A DNA stretch of 64,000 bases from an uncultured Candidatus Saccharibacteria bacterium (GTDB taxonomy: Bacteria; Patescibacteriota; Minisyncoccia; Phycocordibacterales; Zambryskibacteraceae): assembly GCA_964504255.1 (NCBI GenBank), contig CAZDDU010000001.1:99512-163511 (forward strand), read 5' to 3'. A program made the translations under genes and the position numbers. Under the pieces are notes generated by a model, which worked only from the letters and a program-made list of their open reading frames with translations, ran no database searches and had not been told where the DNA came from. Positions 36,787 to 46,799 of this stretch are shown one piece after another (positions within the stretch are counted from its first letter, which is position 1; every line of letters starts with the position of its first letter).

Positions 36787-37911
36787 ATGTATAATGAGCA
36801 TTATATGGCATTTCTCGGGAAGTTCTTTGGTAAGAAAGAGTCTCCTTCCGTCGTCGGGGTAGATATCGGCTCTTCTGCTATCAAAGTTGTTCAGATTAAG
36901 AAGAAGAGCGGTCAAGCAGTGCTCGAGACTTACGGCGAGCTCGCTCTTGGTCCATACGGAGGTGCGTCTATAGGCCAGGCGGTAAACTTACCCCAAGACA
37001 AAGTAGCCTCAGCTCTATTCGACCTTATGCGAGAGAAGGAGGTCAACATCACCACCACTCAAGCGGGAATCTCTATACCGTTCGGTTCCTCTCTAATGTC
37101 GGTAATTGAGATGCCAGAGGTTAGTCAAAAGCAACTCGAGGTGATGGTCCCTATCGAAGCGAGGAAGTATATACCAGTACCTGTGAACGAGGTGATGCTC
37201 GACTGGTCGGTCATCCCCAAGCCTTCGAATCCAAATGATGATGAGGACGAGGATAAGAAGAACGCTTTGAAGCGCATCGATGTGCTTGTAGTCGCTATAC
37301 ACAACGACACTATTGCTCGGTATCAAAATATTATTCAAAAGGCTGGGCTCGAACCAGGGTTCTTCGAGATAGAGATTTTCTCCACAATGAGGAGTGTGGT
37401 AGATGAGAGTCTGACCCCGGTCATGGTTATGGATATGGGCGCGGCCTCAACCAAGCTCTACATTATTGAGCGAGGGATCATCCGCGCCTCGCATACAGTG
37501 AATCGCGGGGCTCAAGACATTACCTCTGCCATTGCTCAGTCACTTGGACTCTCAATCGAGAAGGCCGAGATCATGAAGAGAGAGATTGGGGCATCGGGGC
37601 AGGATCCGACTCTGGCCAAGATTATTTCTCTCGTACTCGACTTCATCTTTGCCGAGACCAACAGGACGCTACTCAACTTCGAGAAGAAGTACAACAAGAG
37701 TGTCTCGAAGGTGGTACTTGTCGGTGGTGGAGCAGCAATGAAGGGGTTGAATGAACTCACCAAGAATGCCTTCAAGACTGAGGCGGTGATGGGGAACCCC
37801 TTCGGCAAGCTTGCCACCCCAGCATTTATAGAGAATATTTTGAAAGAGACTGGTCCAGAGTTCGCTGTAGCCATTGGCTCAGCACTTAGGAGACTAAATG
37901 ATCTTAATTAG
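36787..37911 (+). CDS. pilM: type IV pilus assembly ATPase-like protein PilM
   Basis: VVGVDIGSSAIKVVQIKKK actin-like fold; locus context. Confidence 0.7.
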   Translation: MYNEHYMAFLGKFFGKKESPSVVGVDIGSSAIKVVQIKKKSGQAVLETYGELALGPYGGASIGQAVNLPQDKVASALFDLMREKEVNITTTQAGISIPFGSSLMSVIEMPEVSQKQLEVMVPIEARKYIPVPVNEVMLDWSVIPKPSNPNDDEDEDKKNALKRIDVLVVAIHNDTIARYQNIIQKAGLEPGFFEIEIFSTMRSVVDESLTPVMVMDMGAASTKLYIIERGIIRASHTVNRGAQDITSAIAQSLGLSIEKAEIMKREIGASGQDPTLAKIISLVLDFIFAETNRTLLNFEKKYNKSVSKVVLVGGGAAMKGLNELTKNAFKTEAVMGNPFGKLATPAFIENILKETGPEFAVAIGSALRRLNDLN

Positions 37912-38000
37912 GTCGAAGTGCTTGTGCTGAGAGACTGAAAGAGTCGAAGTGTGTATAGAACTCTGTGTTTGTGTGCCAACTTGTTCTATAATTTAGAAAG

Positions 38001-38672
38001 ATGGAACCGAAATTCCAATCATCATTCATACCCAAAGGACCGTTGGCAACAACCGGCACTGTAACCAAGACTTCTCGCCAATCAAACACGAGTTTCCTTG
38101 GTACTTTGGCTGTATTTGTTTTCGTCCTGTCTATACTTGCTACCTTAGGTGCTGCGGGTTACGAATATTATTTGAAGAAGGATATCGGCAACCTGGCAGA
38201 GAAACTCCTTGCCGCTAAGTCTACCCTCGAACCAGAGATCATCCAGAAGATCAGTGACTTAGATGAGCGTATTAACGCCACAGAGAGTTTGTTGAACCAA
38301 CACATTATCCTCAGCCCTCTCTTTGCATATCTTGAATCCTATACTGTTAAGACTGTTCAATTGACTCATTTCAAATATGCTTCTGAAGATGGGGTACTCA
38401 AGCTCTCTATGCGAGGTAAGTCTCGCGGGTACTCTACATTGGCTTACCAAGCACAACTCTTTAACAGTAGTGATTTTATGAGGGATGTTGTCTTTGGGGA
38501 CTTGTCCCTCGATGAGACGGGTAATGTGGACTTCACCTTCAAGGCCATTCTTGAACCATCAATAATTGCGTTTAAAAGTGGGGATGATGAAGTGGTCGAG
38601 ATAGAGACAGCACCAGAGGCTGCCGGAGTAGGAATCCAGGACGCAGTTACAACTAACGGAACCACACAATAA
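38001..38672 (+). CDS. PilN-like bitopic membrane protein
   Basis: Short cytoplasmic N-terminus, one TM, periplasmic coiled coil; follows pilM. Confidence 0.45.
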   Translation: MEPKFQSSFIPKGPLATTGTVTKTSRQSNTSFLGTLAVFVFVLSILATLGAAGYEYYLKKDIGNLAEKLLAAKSTLEPEIIQKISDLDERINATESLLNQHIILSPLFAYLESYTVKTVQLTHFKYASEDGVLKLSMRGKSRGYSTLAYQAQLFNSSDFMRDVVFGDLSLDETGNVDFTFKAILEPSIIAFKSGDDEVVEIETAPEAAGVGIQDAVTTNGTTQ

Positions 38673-38673
38673 C

Positions 38674-39222
38674 ATGAGGAACTCTACTGCTTTACTCCTA
38701 CTCTTGATCTCAGTTGTAGTGGTTTATGCAGTGGGTTTCCCTTACTACGACAAGATTATGATTCTCAGGAATCAGTCTAGCCAGTACAAGGAATCACTAG
38801 AAAAGGTTGATGTTTTAATCAAGACAAGGAACGATCTTGAGGCTAAGTATAAGAACATGCCTCAAGATGAGATCGCTAAATTGGAGAAGGTGTTGCCCGA
38901 CAATGTTGATACCGTTAACTTGGCGGTAAACTTTGACTCCATTGCTGCCAAGTACGGCATCTCTATCAAAAAGATAAGTACAGTAGACAGCGTCGATCAA
39001 TCTGGTGCAGCTATTATACAAGACACCACCGGTGGGGCTTACAAGCCAGTGACAGTGGTCTTCTCCTTCACAGCGGCATATCAAGACTTCAGAGATTTTA
39101 TTGGTGATATCGAGCAGAGTCTTAGGATTACAGATATTAAGAGTGTCTCTTTCGAATCAAACGAAAAAGGTTTGTACGAATTTAGTCTAGCGGTGCAGAC
39201 TTATTGGCTAAAGACTAAATAA
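38674..39222 (+). CDS. PilO-like bitopic membrane protein
   Basis: N-terminal TM then coiled coil; position after the PilN-like gene. Confidence 0.45.
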   Translation: MRNSTALLLLLISVVVVYAVGFPYYDKIMILRNQSSQYKESLEKVDVLIKTRNDLEAKYKNMPQDEIAKLEKVLPDNVDTVNLAVNFDSIAAKYGISIKKISTVDSVDQSGAAIIQDTTGGAYKPVTVVFSFTAAYQDFRDFIGDIEQSLRITDIKSVSFESNEKGLYEFSLAVQTYWLKTK

Positions 39223-39232
39223 ACTTAATACC

Positions 39233-39535
39233 ATGGACTTCTTCCACAAAAATCAAAAAATGATCCTCGTAGTGGTTCTCCTGGCGTGCGGATTCTACTT
39301 TTATAGCACCTACTTTAAGTCTGATGCAGCGCTCGTAGTAACTCAAAATGATATTACAGCTCAACAAGTAGGTGCTGAGGTTATAGAACTACAAAACAGA
39401 ATTAGCTCAGTTAATTTGCGACAAGGACTCTTTACCTCATCTCTGTATAACAAGCTTATTGATTTCTCGGTGCCAATACTAGAGCAACCAAGAGGGAGAA
39501 TTAATCCATTTGGACCAATAGTCTTTGGTGAATAA
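39233..39535 (+). CDS. hypothetical small membrane protein (PilP position)
   Basis: One TM helix, 100 aa. Confidence 0.35.
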   Translation: MDFFHKNQKMILVVVLLACGFYFYSTYFKSDAALVVTQNDITAQQVGAEVIELQNRISSVNLRQGLFTSSLYNKLIDFSVPILEQPRGRINPFGPIVFGE

Positions 39536-39547
39536 AGTTAGTTCCTA

Positions 39548-41272
39548 ATGACAATACTTGATGTACTAAAGGATAAGAAGGTGATCAAGGCAACAGACGT
39601 TGCCTCAATCGAAGAAGAGGCTAAGAGCACTGGCCTTTCTTTAGAGCAGGTGCTCGTGGGCCGTGGTGTACCTCCACAGAGGATTCTTGAGGCCAAGGGT
39701 GCCGAGCTCGAGATACCTACAAGGAGTCTGAAGAATGTCTCAGTACCTTCGAAAATGCTCGAATATATTTCGGAAGAGAGTGCTGAGCACTACAAGGTGG
39801 TGCCTATAGGCACTAAGGACGGAGTACTCGAGATTGGTGTGGTTGACCCAGACGACATTGAGGCTAGAGACGCACTCAACTTTATCTCGTCCAAGGCGGG
39901 GATGCCCTACAAACTATTTTTAATAACTGAAGAGGATTTCGACAGAGTTTTTGCTCAGTACAAAGGGCTTTCAAGTGAGGTGACTCAAGCGCTCTCGGAG
40001 CTCGATAGTGAGCTCACCCAGAGAGAGAATGTCATTCTAGAAAAGACAGATAAGGAGAAGGAGGCTCAACAAGATAGAGAGGCTAAGATTGTCGAGGATG
40101 CACCGGTGACGAAGATCGTGGCTACTATACTTTCGTACGCTGCTGAGGGAGCGGCTTCGGATGTGCATATCGAGCCCCTCCACGAGACAGTTCGAGTCCG
40201 CTTCCGTGTAGATGGAGTTCTTAACACCTCGCTTACTCTCCCTATCAAGGTTCACTCAGCGGTAGTGGCACGCATAAAGATTCTTTCTAACATGCGTTTA
40301 GACGAGAAGAGGAAGCCTCAAGACGGTCGCTTCTCTGCCAAGGTTGATGACAGGCGTATCGACTTCCGTGTTTCGACATTCCCAACAACTTTCGGCGAGA
40401 AGGTGGTGATGAGAATTCTTGACCAGTCTAAGGGAGTGAAGACTTTAAATGATTTAGGGTTATCTCCTGAAAACATGCAACTTATTAAGGATGCTATTGA
40501 TCGTCCTTATGGCCTTATTCTCATCTCTGGTCCTACCGGAAGTGGTAAGTCGACAACTCTTTATGCCATGCTAAACGAGCTCGATAAGGACCATGAGAAC
40601 GTGCTCTCGCTTGAAGACCCGGTCGAGTACAATATGGAGGGTGTGAGTCAGTCGCAGGTTCAGCCAGAGATTGATTACACCTTTGCCACCGGACTACGCA
40701 CTACTCTTCGCCAAGACCCAGATGTGATCATGGTTGGAGAGATCCGCGACAAGGAGACAGCCCAGCTTGCTATCCAGGCGGCACTTACAGGCCACCTTGT
40801 GCTCTCTACTATCCACACCAACAATGCTATCGGTGTGATCCCTAGACTTATCGACATGGGTGTTGACCCATACCTTATCGCACCAACTCTTGTCCTAGCT
40901 ATGGCTCAGAGACTGGTATCTAAACTAGTAGATGGTGGTGGTAAGCCAGTGCCCGTATCTGAAAGCATGAAGCTCATGATGGAGAAGCAGTTCGCTGACC
41001 TACCTGCCGAGTTCAGGAAGAAGATTCCAACAGGCAAGGAGTTCTATGAGGCAGCGCCAACTCCAGAGAGTGTAACAGGAGTATCCGGTCGAGTAGCCGT
41101 CATGGAGGTGCTCTCAATGGATAAGGATATAGAACAAGTGCTTTTAAAGAATCCAACAGAAATAGAGCTCTTTAAGATGGCAAGGTCTAAGGGCATGCTA
41201 ACCATGAAGGAGGACGCTATCATCAAAGCCTTTGGCAGAATGATTCCTTTCGAAGAAGTAAATACGCTATAA
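39548..41272 (+). CDS. pilB: type IV pilus assembly ATPase PilB (GspE family)
   Basis: Walker A LISGPTGSGKSTTLYAML, Asp box, His box, tetracysteine-like region. Confidence 0.85.
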   Translation: MTILDVLKDKKVIKATDVASIEEEAKSTGLSLEQVLVGRGVPPQRILEAKGAELEIPTRSLKNVSVPSKMLEYISEESAEHYKVVPIGTKDGVLEIGVVDPDDIEARDALNFISSKAGMPYKLFLITEEDFDRVFAQYKGLSSEVTQALSELDSELTQRENVILEKTDKEKEAQQDREAKIVEDAPVTKIVATILSYAAEGAASDVHIEPLHETVRVRFRVDGVLNTSLTLPIKVHSAVVARIKILSNMRLDEKRKPQDGRFSAKVDDRRIDFRVSTFPTTFGEKVVMRILDQSKGVKTLNDLGLSPENMQLIKDAIDRPYGLILISGPTGSGKSTTLYAMLNELDKDHENVLSLEDPVEYNMEGVSQSQVQPEIDYTFATGLRTTLRQDPDVIMVGEIRDKETAQLAIQAALTGHLVLSTIHTNNAIGVIPRLIDMGVDPYLIAPTLVLAMAQRLVSKLVDGGGKPVPVSESMKLMMEKQFADLPAEFRKKIPTGKEFYEAAPTPESVTGVSGRVAVMEVLSMDKDIEQVLLKNPTEIELFKMARSKGMLTMKEDAIIKAFGRMIPFEEVNTL

Positions 41273-41279
41273 TATAAAT

Positions 41280-41666
41280 ATGAAAAAGCCATACACAGTA
41301 CTCTTGGTCGATGACGATAAGTTCCTCCTCGGAATGTACCAAAAGAAGTTTGATAAGCTTGGCGCTAAGTCTGAGATGTCTGCAGTGCCAGAAGAGGCTC
41401 TTAATAAGTTACGAGAGGGTGCCAAGTACGACATAGTTGTCCTAGATGTCATTATGCCAGGTATGGATGGACTAGAACTTTTGAAGAAAATTCGTGAGGA
41501 GAAGCTTGGTGAGGGTTCGATCTTTATCATGTTAACGAACGAGAATACCTCAACCAGGATCGAGGAGGCCAAAGCCTTAGGTGTTGCAGGCTATATCGTT
41601 AAGGCCACCTCAATACCATCTGAGGTTGCAGAAGAAATTATCAAGATTGCTGATGCAGAGAATTAA
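41280..41666 (+). CDS. single-domain response regulator (CheY-like receiver)
   Basis: VLLVDDD...D(54)VIMPGMDGLELL...K receiver motifs. Confidence 0.75.
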   Translation: MKKPYTVLLVDDDKFLLGMYQKKFDKLGAKSEMSAVPEEALNKLREGAKYDIVVLDVIMPGMDGLELLKKIREEKLGEGSIFIMLTNENTSTRIEEAKALGVAGYIVKATSIPSEVAEEIIKIADAEN

Positions 41667-41669
41667 TCT

Positions 41670-42734
41670 ATGGTCGCATCTCACTCACTCTTAGACGAGT
41701 TGGTAGATATTGTGAACAAGGAGGGTGCATCAGACCTCCATATTGCTGAAGGTAGGAAGCCTATTATTCGTGTATCGAGCTTCCTCATCCCACTTGAGAA
41801 GTATCCTGCTATGACCGTTGAGGATGTTAAGGGCTTTTTCAATATCTTTCTCACACCTGAGAACTTGAAGGAGTTTGATATGAAGCAGGAAGCTAACTTT
41901 GCCTATGCTCACAAGAATGGTTCTCGCTTCCGAGGCAACGCCTTTGAGACGGTGGGCAAGCGTGCTATTGCACTTCGCCTTATTCCGACGAGGATCAGGA
42001 CCTTCGAAGAATTAAATTTGCCAAATATTTTGAGCCACTTCACTTCTAAGCAACAAGGATTCTTCCTTGTGGTAGGTCCAGCGGGTCAGGGTAAGTCCAC
42101 AACGCTTGCAAGCATGATCGAGCTTATCAACAACGACAGACTCGAGCACATCGTGACTATCGAAGATCCTATTGAGTTTCTCTTTGAGCCAAAGAAGTCA
42201 ATGATCGACCAAAGAGAGGTGAAGACTGACACTCCAGACTTCCACACAGCACTTTGGGGCATTTTCCGTCAGGATGCAGATGTCATCATGGTTGGAGAGA
42301 TGCGCGAGCCTCATACTATTGCGACTGCTGTAACGGCAGCTGAGACTGGTCACCTTGTGCTCTCCACCCTCCACACCAACACGGCAGCTCAAACTGTGGA
42401 CCGCATTATTGACTCCTTCCCAGCAGAGAGTCAGGATCAGATTCGTTACCAACTTTCTAGCTCACTCCTCGGCATTTTCTCTCAGAGACTCTTGCCTCGT
42501 ATTAAAGGAGGTCTCATCCCAGCTTATGAACTTCTCATCAACAATACCGCTGTGTCTAATCTTATAAGAGAGAAGCGCACCCACGAACTAAATTCAATTA
42601 TCGAGACCTCAAGTGAGGAGGGGATGATCGACTTCAATCGCTCACTTGGAGAGTTGGTTAGACTCGGTGAGATTACACCAGAGAATGCCTTCCAATACTC
42701 TACAAACCCAAGGTCACTAGAACGCATGATTTAA
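41670..42734 (+). CDS. pilT: twitching-motility/retraction ATPase PilT
   Basis: Walker A LVVGPAGQGKSTTLASMI; ~350 aa PilT size. Confidence 0.85.
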   Translation: MVASHSLLDELVDIVNKEGASDLHIAEGRKPIIRVSSFLIPLEKYPAMTVEDVKGFFNIFLTPENLKEFDMKQEANFAYAHKNGSRFRGNAFETVGKRAIALRLIPTRIRTFEELNLPNILSHFTSKQQGFFLVVGPAGQGKSTTLASMIELINNDRLEHIVTIEDPIEFLFEPKKSMIDQREVKTDTPDFHTALWGIFRQDADVIMVGEMREPHTIATAVTAAETGHLVLSTLHTNTAAQTVDRIIDSFPAESQDQIRYQLSSSLLGIFSQRLLPRIKGGLIPAYELLINNTAVSNLIREKRTHELNSIIETSSEEGMIDFNRSLGELVRLGEITPENAFQYSTNPRSLERMI

Positions 42735-42741
42735 TAAAGCA

Positions 42742-43950
42742 ATGTTATACAACTACAAAGCACTAGAGCAGTCAGGGTTACAGAAGGAGGGATCTATTGA
42801 CGCAGTCTCGCTTGAGGTTGCAATAGATAGTTTGCAGAAGAGAGGATTAATTATTGCTTCGATAGACGAGGATGACAAGGAGCCTTGGTACTCTAAGCTC
42901 ACCATTGGAGCGAAGGTGAAGAACAAGGACATTGTGATCCTAAGTAGGCAGATCTCGACACTTTTCGGAGCATCAGTTTCAGCTCTCAAAATTTTCTCTC
43001 TCCTCTCAGCGGAGATAGAGAATATCCATCTTCGCAAAAGCATGGTCGAAATTGCGGATGATCTCCAGGCTGGTAGTTCAATCTCCAAGGCTTTATCGAA
43101 GCATCCAGACATCTTTTCTGACTTCTATGTGAACATGGTCAAGGCGGGTGAGGAAACTGGTAAGCTTAATGAGACCTTCGACTATCTCGCTGACCACTTG
43201 GACAGGAATTATGAGGTTGTCTCGAAGGCTAAGAACGCTTTGATCTACCCAATTTTCGTGATCGGAGTATTCGTAGCGGTGATGGTTCTTATGTTCACTC
43301 TTATTATTCCTAAGATATCGGTCATTCTACTTGATTCAGGTCAACCGGTGCCTATCTACACAGCTATTGTATTCGGTATCTCCGACTTTATTATTGATTA
43401 TGGAGTGATATTACTAGTTTTCTTGGTTATTATGGTTTTTGTGCTTATACGATACCTAGGCACTCCTGATGGCAAGAGAGCTCTGGGCCGATTCAAGCTA
43501 GAAGTGCCTTATGTGGGGGACTTGTATCAGAAGCTCTATCTCTCTGTTATATCAGACAACTTGGCCACGATGATCTTATCGGGTATACCTATGGTTCGAG
43601 CAATTGAGGTGACAGCGAACGTGGTGGGGAATGATATTTATAAGACAATACTCTCAGACAGCGGAGTGTCGGTGAAGAGCGGCAGCTCACTATCTCAATC
43701 TCTTATGCAGTATGAGGAGGTGCCATCTATACTCACTCAAGTGATCAAGGTGGGGGAGGAGTCGGGAGAGTTGGGTGAGATTCTTAAGACCATGGCCAAG
43801 TTCTACCAAAGAGAGGTTATCAATGCGGTGGATACCCTAGTTTCACTTATTGAGCCAGTGATGATCGTGGCGCTTGGCTTGGGGGTTGGAATACTACTTG
43901 CATCAGTGCTTATCCCCATCTACAATATTGCTAACACCGCAGGCGTTTAG
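42742..43950 (+). CDS. pilC: type IV pilus platform protein PilC (GspF family)
   Basis: Two GspF repeats, 3 TM segments. Confidence 0.8.
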   Translation: MLYNYKALEQSGLQKEGSIDAVSLEVAIDSLQKRGLIIASIDEDDKEPWYSKLTIGAKVKNKDIVILSRQISTLFGASVSALKIFSLLSAEIENIHLRKSMVEIADDLQAGSSISKALSKHPDIFSDFYVNMVKAGEETGKLNETFDYLADHLDRNYEVVSKAKNALIYPIFVIGVFVAVMVLMFTLIIPKISVILLDSGQPVPIYTAIVFGISDFIIDYGVILLVFLVIMVFVLIRYLGTPDGKRALGRFKLEVPYVGDLYQKLYLSVISDNLATMILSGIPMVRAIEVTANVVGNDIYKTILSDSGVSVKSGSSLSQSLMQYEEVPSILTQVIKVGEESGELGEILKTMAKFYQREVINAVDTLVSLIEPVMIVALGLGVGILLASVLIPIYNIANTAGV

Positions 43951-43993
43951 GCTAAGGTGTATAATGAGTGGGTATTAAAAATTTATAATTTAC

Positions 43994-44461
43994 ATGCTTA
44001 AAAGGACAACAAAAGGCTTTACCCTCATCGAACTCTTGGTGGTTATTGCCATCATCGGTATCTTGAGTTCAGTCGTGCTCGCATCGCTTAACAGTGCCAG
44101 AACAAAGGCAAATGACTCAAAGGTTAAGGCTCAGCTTGCTACCTTGAGAGCTTCTGCAGAACTTTACTACGACAACAACAACAGTTCTTACGGAGTAGCA
44201 GTCAGCATGGCGGCTCCAGCTTCTGTTTGTGCTGGTCCTGGTATGTTCCTCGACACTACATCAGGTATGGCTAACTTGACCAACAACTCGGCAGCATGGC
44301 CATCAGGTACATTACTTAGTTGCCAAGTTACCGCAACTTCCCCAGTGGGTTATGCAGTGTCTGCAAACCTATCTACAGCTGGCACCTTCTGGTGTGTCGA
44401 CAGCTCTGGTAAGTCAGCATCTACCAGTGCCCAGCAAGCTTCTGGTGACATTACTTGCTAG
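43994..44461 (+). CDS. type IV major pilin paralogue 1
   Basis: Prepilin leader MLKRTTKG|FTLIELLVVIAIIGILSSVVLASL; C-terminal Cys pair. Confidence 0.75.
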   Translation: MLKRTTKGFTLIELLVVIAIIGILSSVVLASLNSARTKANDSKVKAQLATLRASAELYYDNNNSSYGVAVSMAAPASVCAGPGMFLDTTSGMANLTNNSAAWPSGTLLSCQVTATSPVGYAVSANLSTAGTFWCVDSSGKSASTSAQQASGDITC

Positions 44462-44484
44462 TTTTTAAACCGCAAGGATAATAC

Positions 44485-44513
44485 AAAAAAGCTCGGGTAA
44501 CCGAGCTTTTTTG
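44485..44513 (+). terminator. intrinsic terminator
   Basis: aaaaaagctcgg-gtaa-ccgagctttttt. Confidence 0.6.
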
Positions 44514-44586
44514 TATGTGTGGATTAATACTGGATGAAGATCTGAAATTAGAGGTATAATTATATGGTAATAATTTTTTAATTTAC

Positions 44587-45042
44587 ATGCTTAAAAGGAC
44601 AACAAAAGGCTTCACACTTATTGAACTTCTAGTGGTGATCGCAATTATCGGAATCCTCAGTTCCGTCGTGCTCGCATCACTTAACGCTGCACGAGGCAAG
44701 AGTCAAAATGCCAAGATCAAGGCTCAGCTAGCAAACGCTAGATCATCTGCTGAGATTTACTACGACAACAATGGTAGTTCCTATAATGGTACAGCAGGGG
44801 ACGTGAGCGGTGATTGCACTACAGCAGATAGTATGTTCGTTGATGGTAACAGCAACATGGCTTCTTTCACCGATCCGGCTAATTATCCAAACACACCAAC
44901 TATTACTTGTTACTCAACTCTTGATGCGTATGCTGTATCTGCACCTCTTTATGTAGACGACAATGGTAATAACGAGTGGTGTGTTGACTCAACGGGTACC
45001 TCGATGGGTAGAGTTGGACCTATTACATCAACATCATGCTAA
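44587..45042 (+). CDS. type IV major pilin paralogue 2
   Basis: Identical leader/N-terminal helix to paralogue 1. Confidence 0.75.
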   Translation: MLKRTTKGFTLIELLVVIAIIGILSSVVLASLNAARGKSQNAKIKAQLANARSSAEIYYDNNGSSYNGTAGDVSGDCTTADSMFVDGNSNMASFTDPANYPNTPTITCYSTLDAYAVSAPLYVDDNGNNEWCVDSTGTSMGRVGPITSTSC

Positions 45043-45539
45043 GCACTAGGCAAAGGGGCTTCACTCTTATAGAGCTTCTGGTGGTGATAGCAATTATTGG
45101 TGTGCTTAGTTCTGTGGTACTTGCATCACTCAATGCTGCTAGAAGTAAGGCAAATAATTCTAAGGTAAAGGCACAATTAGCTACGGTTAGAGCCGCTGCT
45201 GAGATTTACTACGATAATAACAATAGTTCTTATGCACCAGCAGTTACTGGAATGGTGTCTGCTCCTGCTTGTACTGCGGGTGCGCCGGTAAACGGAGGGG
45301 GAATGTTTGTTGATGTTAACTCCGGTATGAACACTTTGACGGGAACAGCTGGCTCTTGGCCCACAAACACCAGCATGAGATGTTATTCTACGGCACAGGC
45401 TTACTCTGTCTCAGCAACCTTGCCAGTTGCAGAAGTTGTAGGTGCCAATACTTATACAATCTGGTGTGTAGACAGTAGTGGTAGATCTATGGGTAGAACC
45501 GCACTACAGGGTCATGTTACTGCAGCAACATGCTTATAA
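45036..45539 (+). CDS. type IV major pilin paralogue 3
   Basis: MLSTRQRG|FTLIELLVV...; ATG overlaps the paralogue-2 stop (ATGCTAA). Confidence 0.7.
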   Translation: MLSTRQRGFTLIELLVVIAIIGVLSSVVLASLNAARSKANNSKVKAQLATVRAAAEIYYDNNNSSYAPAVTGMVSAPACTAGAPVNGGGMFVDVNSGMNTLTGTAGSWPTNTSMRCYSTAQAYSVSATLPVAEVVGANTYTIWCVDSSGRSMGRTALQGHVTAATCL

Positions 45540-45550
45540 ATTATTAGTTA

Positions 45551-46042
45551 ATGTATACTAGAGTGACCATGACAAAGACAAGGCAACAAGGCTTCACACT
45601 TATTGAACTTCTAGTGGTGATCGCAATTATCGGAATCCTCAGTTCCGTCGTGCTCGCATCACTTAATAGTGCCAGAGCCAAAGCTAATAATTCTAAGGTG
45701 AAGGCTCAACTCTCAAGTATCAGAGCATCTGCAGAGCTTTTCTACGATAGCAACAATAGTGCTTATGTCGCATCAAACATGGGCACAGAGCAGTCTGCAT
45801 GTACGGGGACGATGTTCTTCGACACAGCATCACCTGTCTCTACAATAACCGGTAATTCTCAGGTTTGGCCAGGCAATGTCCTACTTAGCTGTCAGGCAAC
45901 TGACAGTGCATACGCAGTTTCAGCATCTTTACCTGTAGCAGAGGGTGTCGGAGGCACTATAACTCACTGGTGTATAGATAGTTCGGGTAGATCTATGGGG
46001 ATCACCAGTGCTCTCGCAAGTAATGATGTTAGTTGTAACTAA
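45551..46042 (+). CDS. type IV major pilin paralogue 4 (start 45551 or 45569)
   Basis: MTKTRQQG|FTLIELLVV... Confidence 0.7.
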   Translation: MYTRVTMTKTRQQGFTLIELLVVIAIIGILSSVVLASLNSARAKANNSKVKAQLSSIRASAELFYDSNNSAYVASNMGTEQSACTGTMFFDTASPVSTITGNSQVWPGNVLLSCQATDSAYAVSASLPVAEGVGGTITHWCIDSSGRSMGITSALASNDVSCN

Positions 46043-46055
46043 CTAATTCTTTAGT

Positions 46056-46799
46056 TTGGCTTTATTTATCTTTATCTTAGGCACAATAGTAGGCAGCTTC
46101 TTGAATGTGGTCGGGTTGAGGTTTAGGAGTAGTCTGACCCTTGGGGGCAGATCCTTTTGTCCAACATGTAGTAAGACCCTTAAGTGGTATGAGCTTGTAC
46201 CTGTATTTAGCTTCCTCATTCTCCGTGGTAGGTGTAGCAAGTGTAAGTCACCGATCTCGGTGCAGTATCCCATGATTGAGCTTTGGACAGGTATTGTCTT
46301 TGTCTCTTTGTATTCTATCTTCGGTCTTACCACTTACTCTTTGCTACTTACAATAGTTTTCTGTATTTACACTGTTATTCTTATATATGATCTGAGGCAC
46401 AAGATAATTCCTGATTCTCTGGTCTATCTCTCTATTGGACTTAGTCTACTTGTTCCATTATTCCTCATTCCTTATTCTTTGATCGACTGGCTGACCGGAC
46501 CGATACTTTTCTCGGCTTTCGGTCTTATCTGGCTAGTGTCCAAGGGTCGAGCGCTCGGCTTTGGTGATGCAAAGCTGGCACTTTCTATAGGACTTCTTCT
46601 TGGTTCCTCACAGGGCTTCTCGGCTATTGCTTTAGCTTTCTGGATAGGGGCTGGACTCATGTTACCAGTGATGCTCTTTTCCCGAAAAGGCATTACAATG
46701 AAGAGCGAGATACCCTTCGCTCCATTCATGATTATTGGTGCCTGGGTCTCAATATTCTTTGGTTTTGATCTCTTTCATGTCCAAGCACTCATCAATTAA
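46056..46799 (+). CDS. pilD: prepilin peptidase PilD (A24 family)
   Basis: N-terminal CxxC...CxxC zinc motif, multi-TM, Asp active-site region. Confidence 0.75.
   Translation: MALFIFILGTIVGSFLNVVGLRFRSSLTLGGRSFCPTCSKTLKWYELVPVFSFLILRGRCSKCKSPISVQYPMIELWTGIVFVSLYSIFGLTTYSLLLTIVFCIYTVILIYDLRHKIIPDSLVYLSIGLSLLVPLFLIPYSLIDWLTGPILFSAFGLIWLVSKGRALGFGDAKLALSIGLLLGSSQGFSAIALAFWIGAGLMLPVMLFSRKGITMKSEIPFAPFMIIGAWVSIFFGFDLFHVQALIN

Noticed and set aside
46043-46333. 96-aa minus-strand ORF
   Set aside because: It is antisense within pilD.
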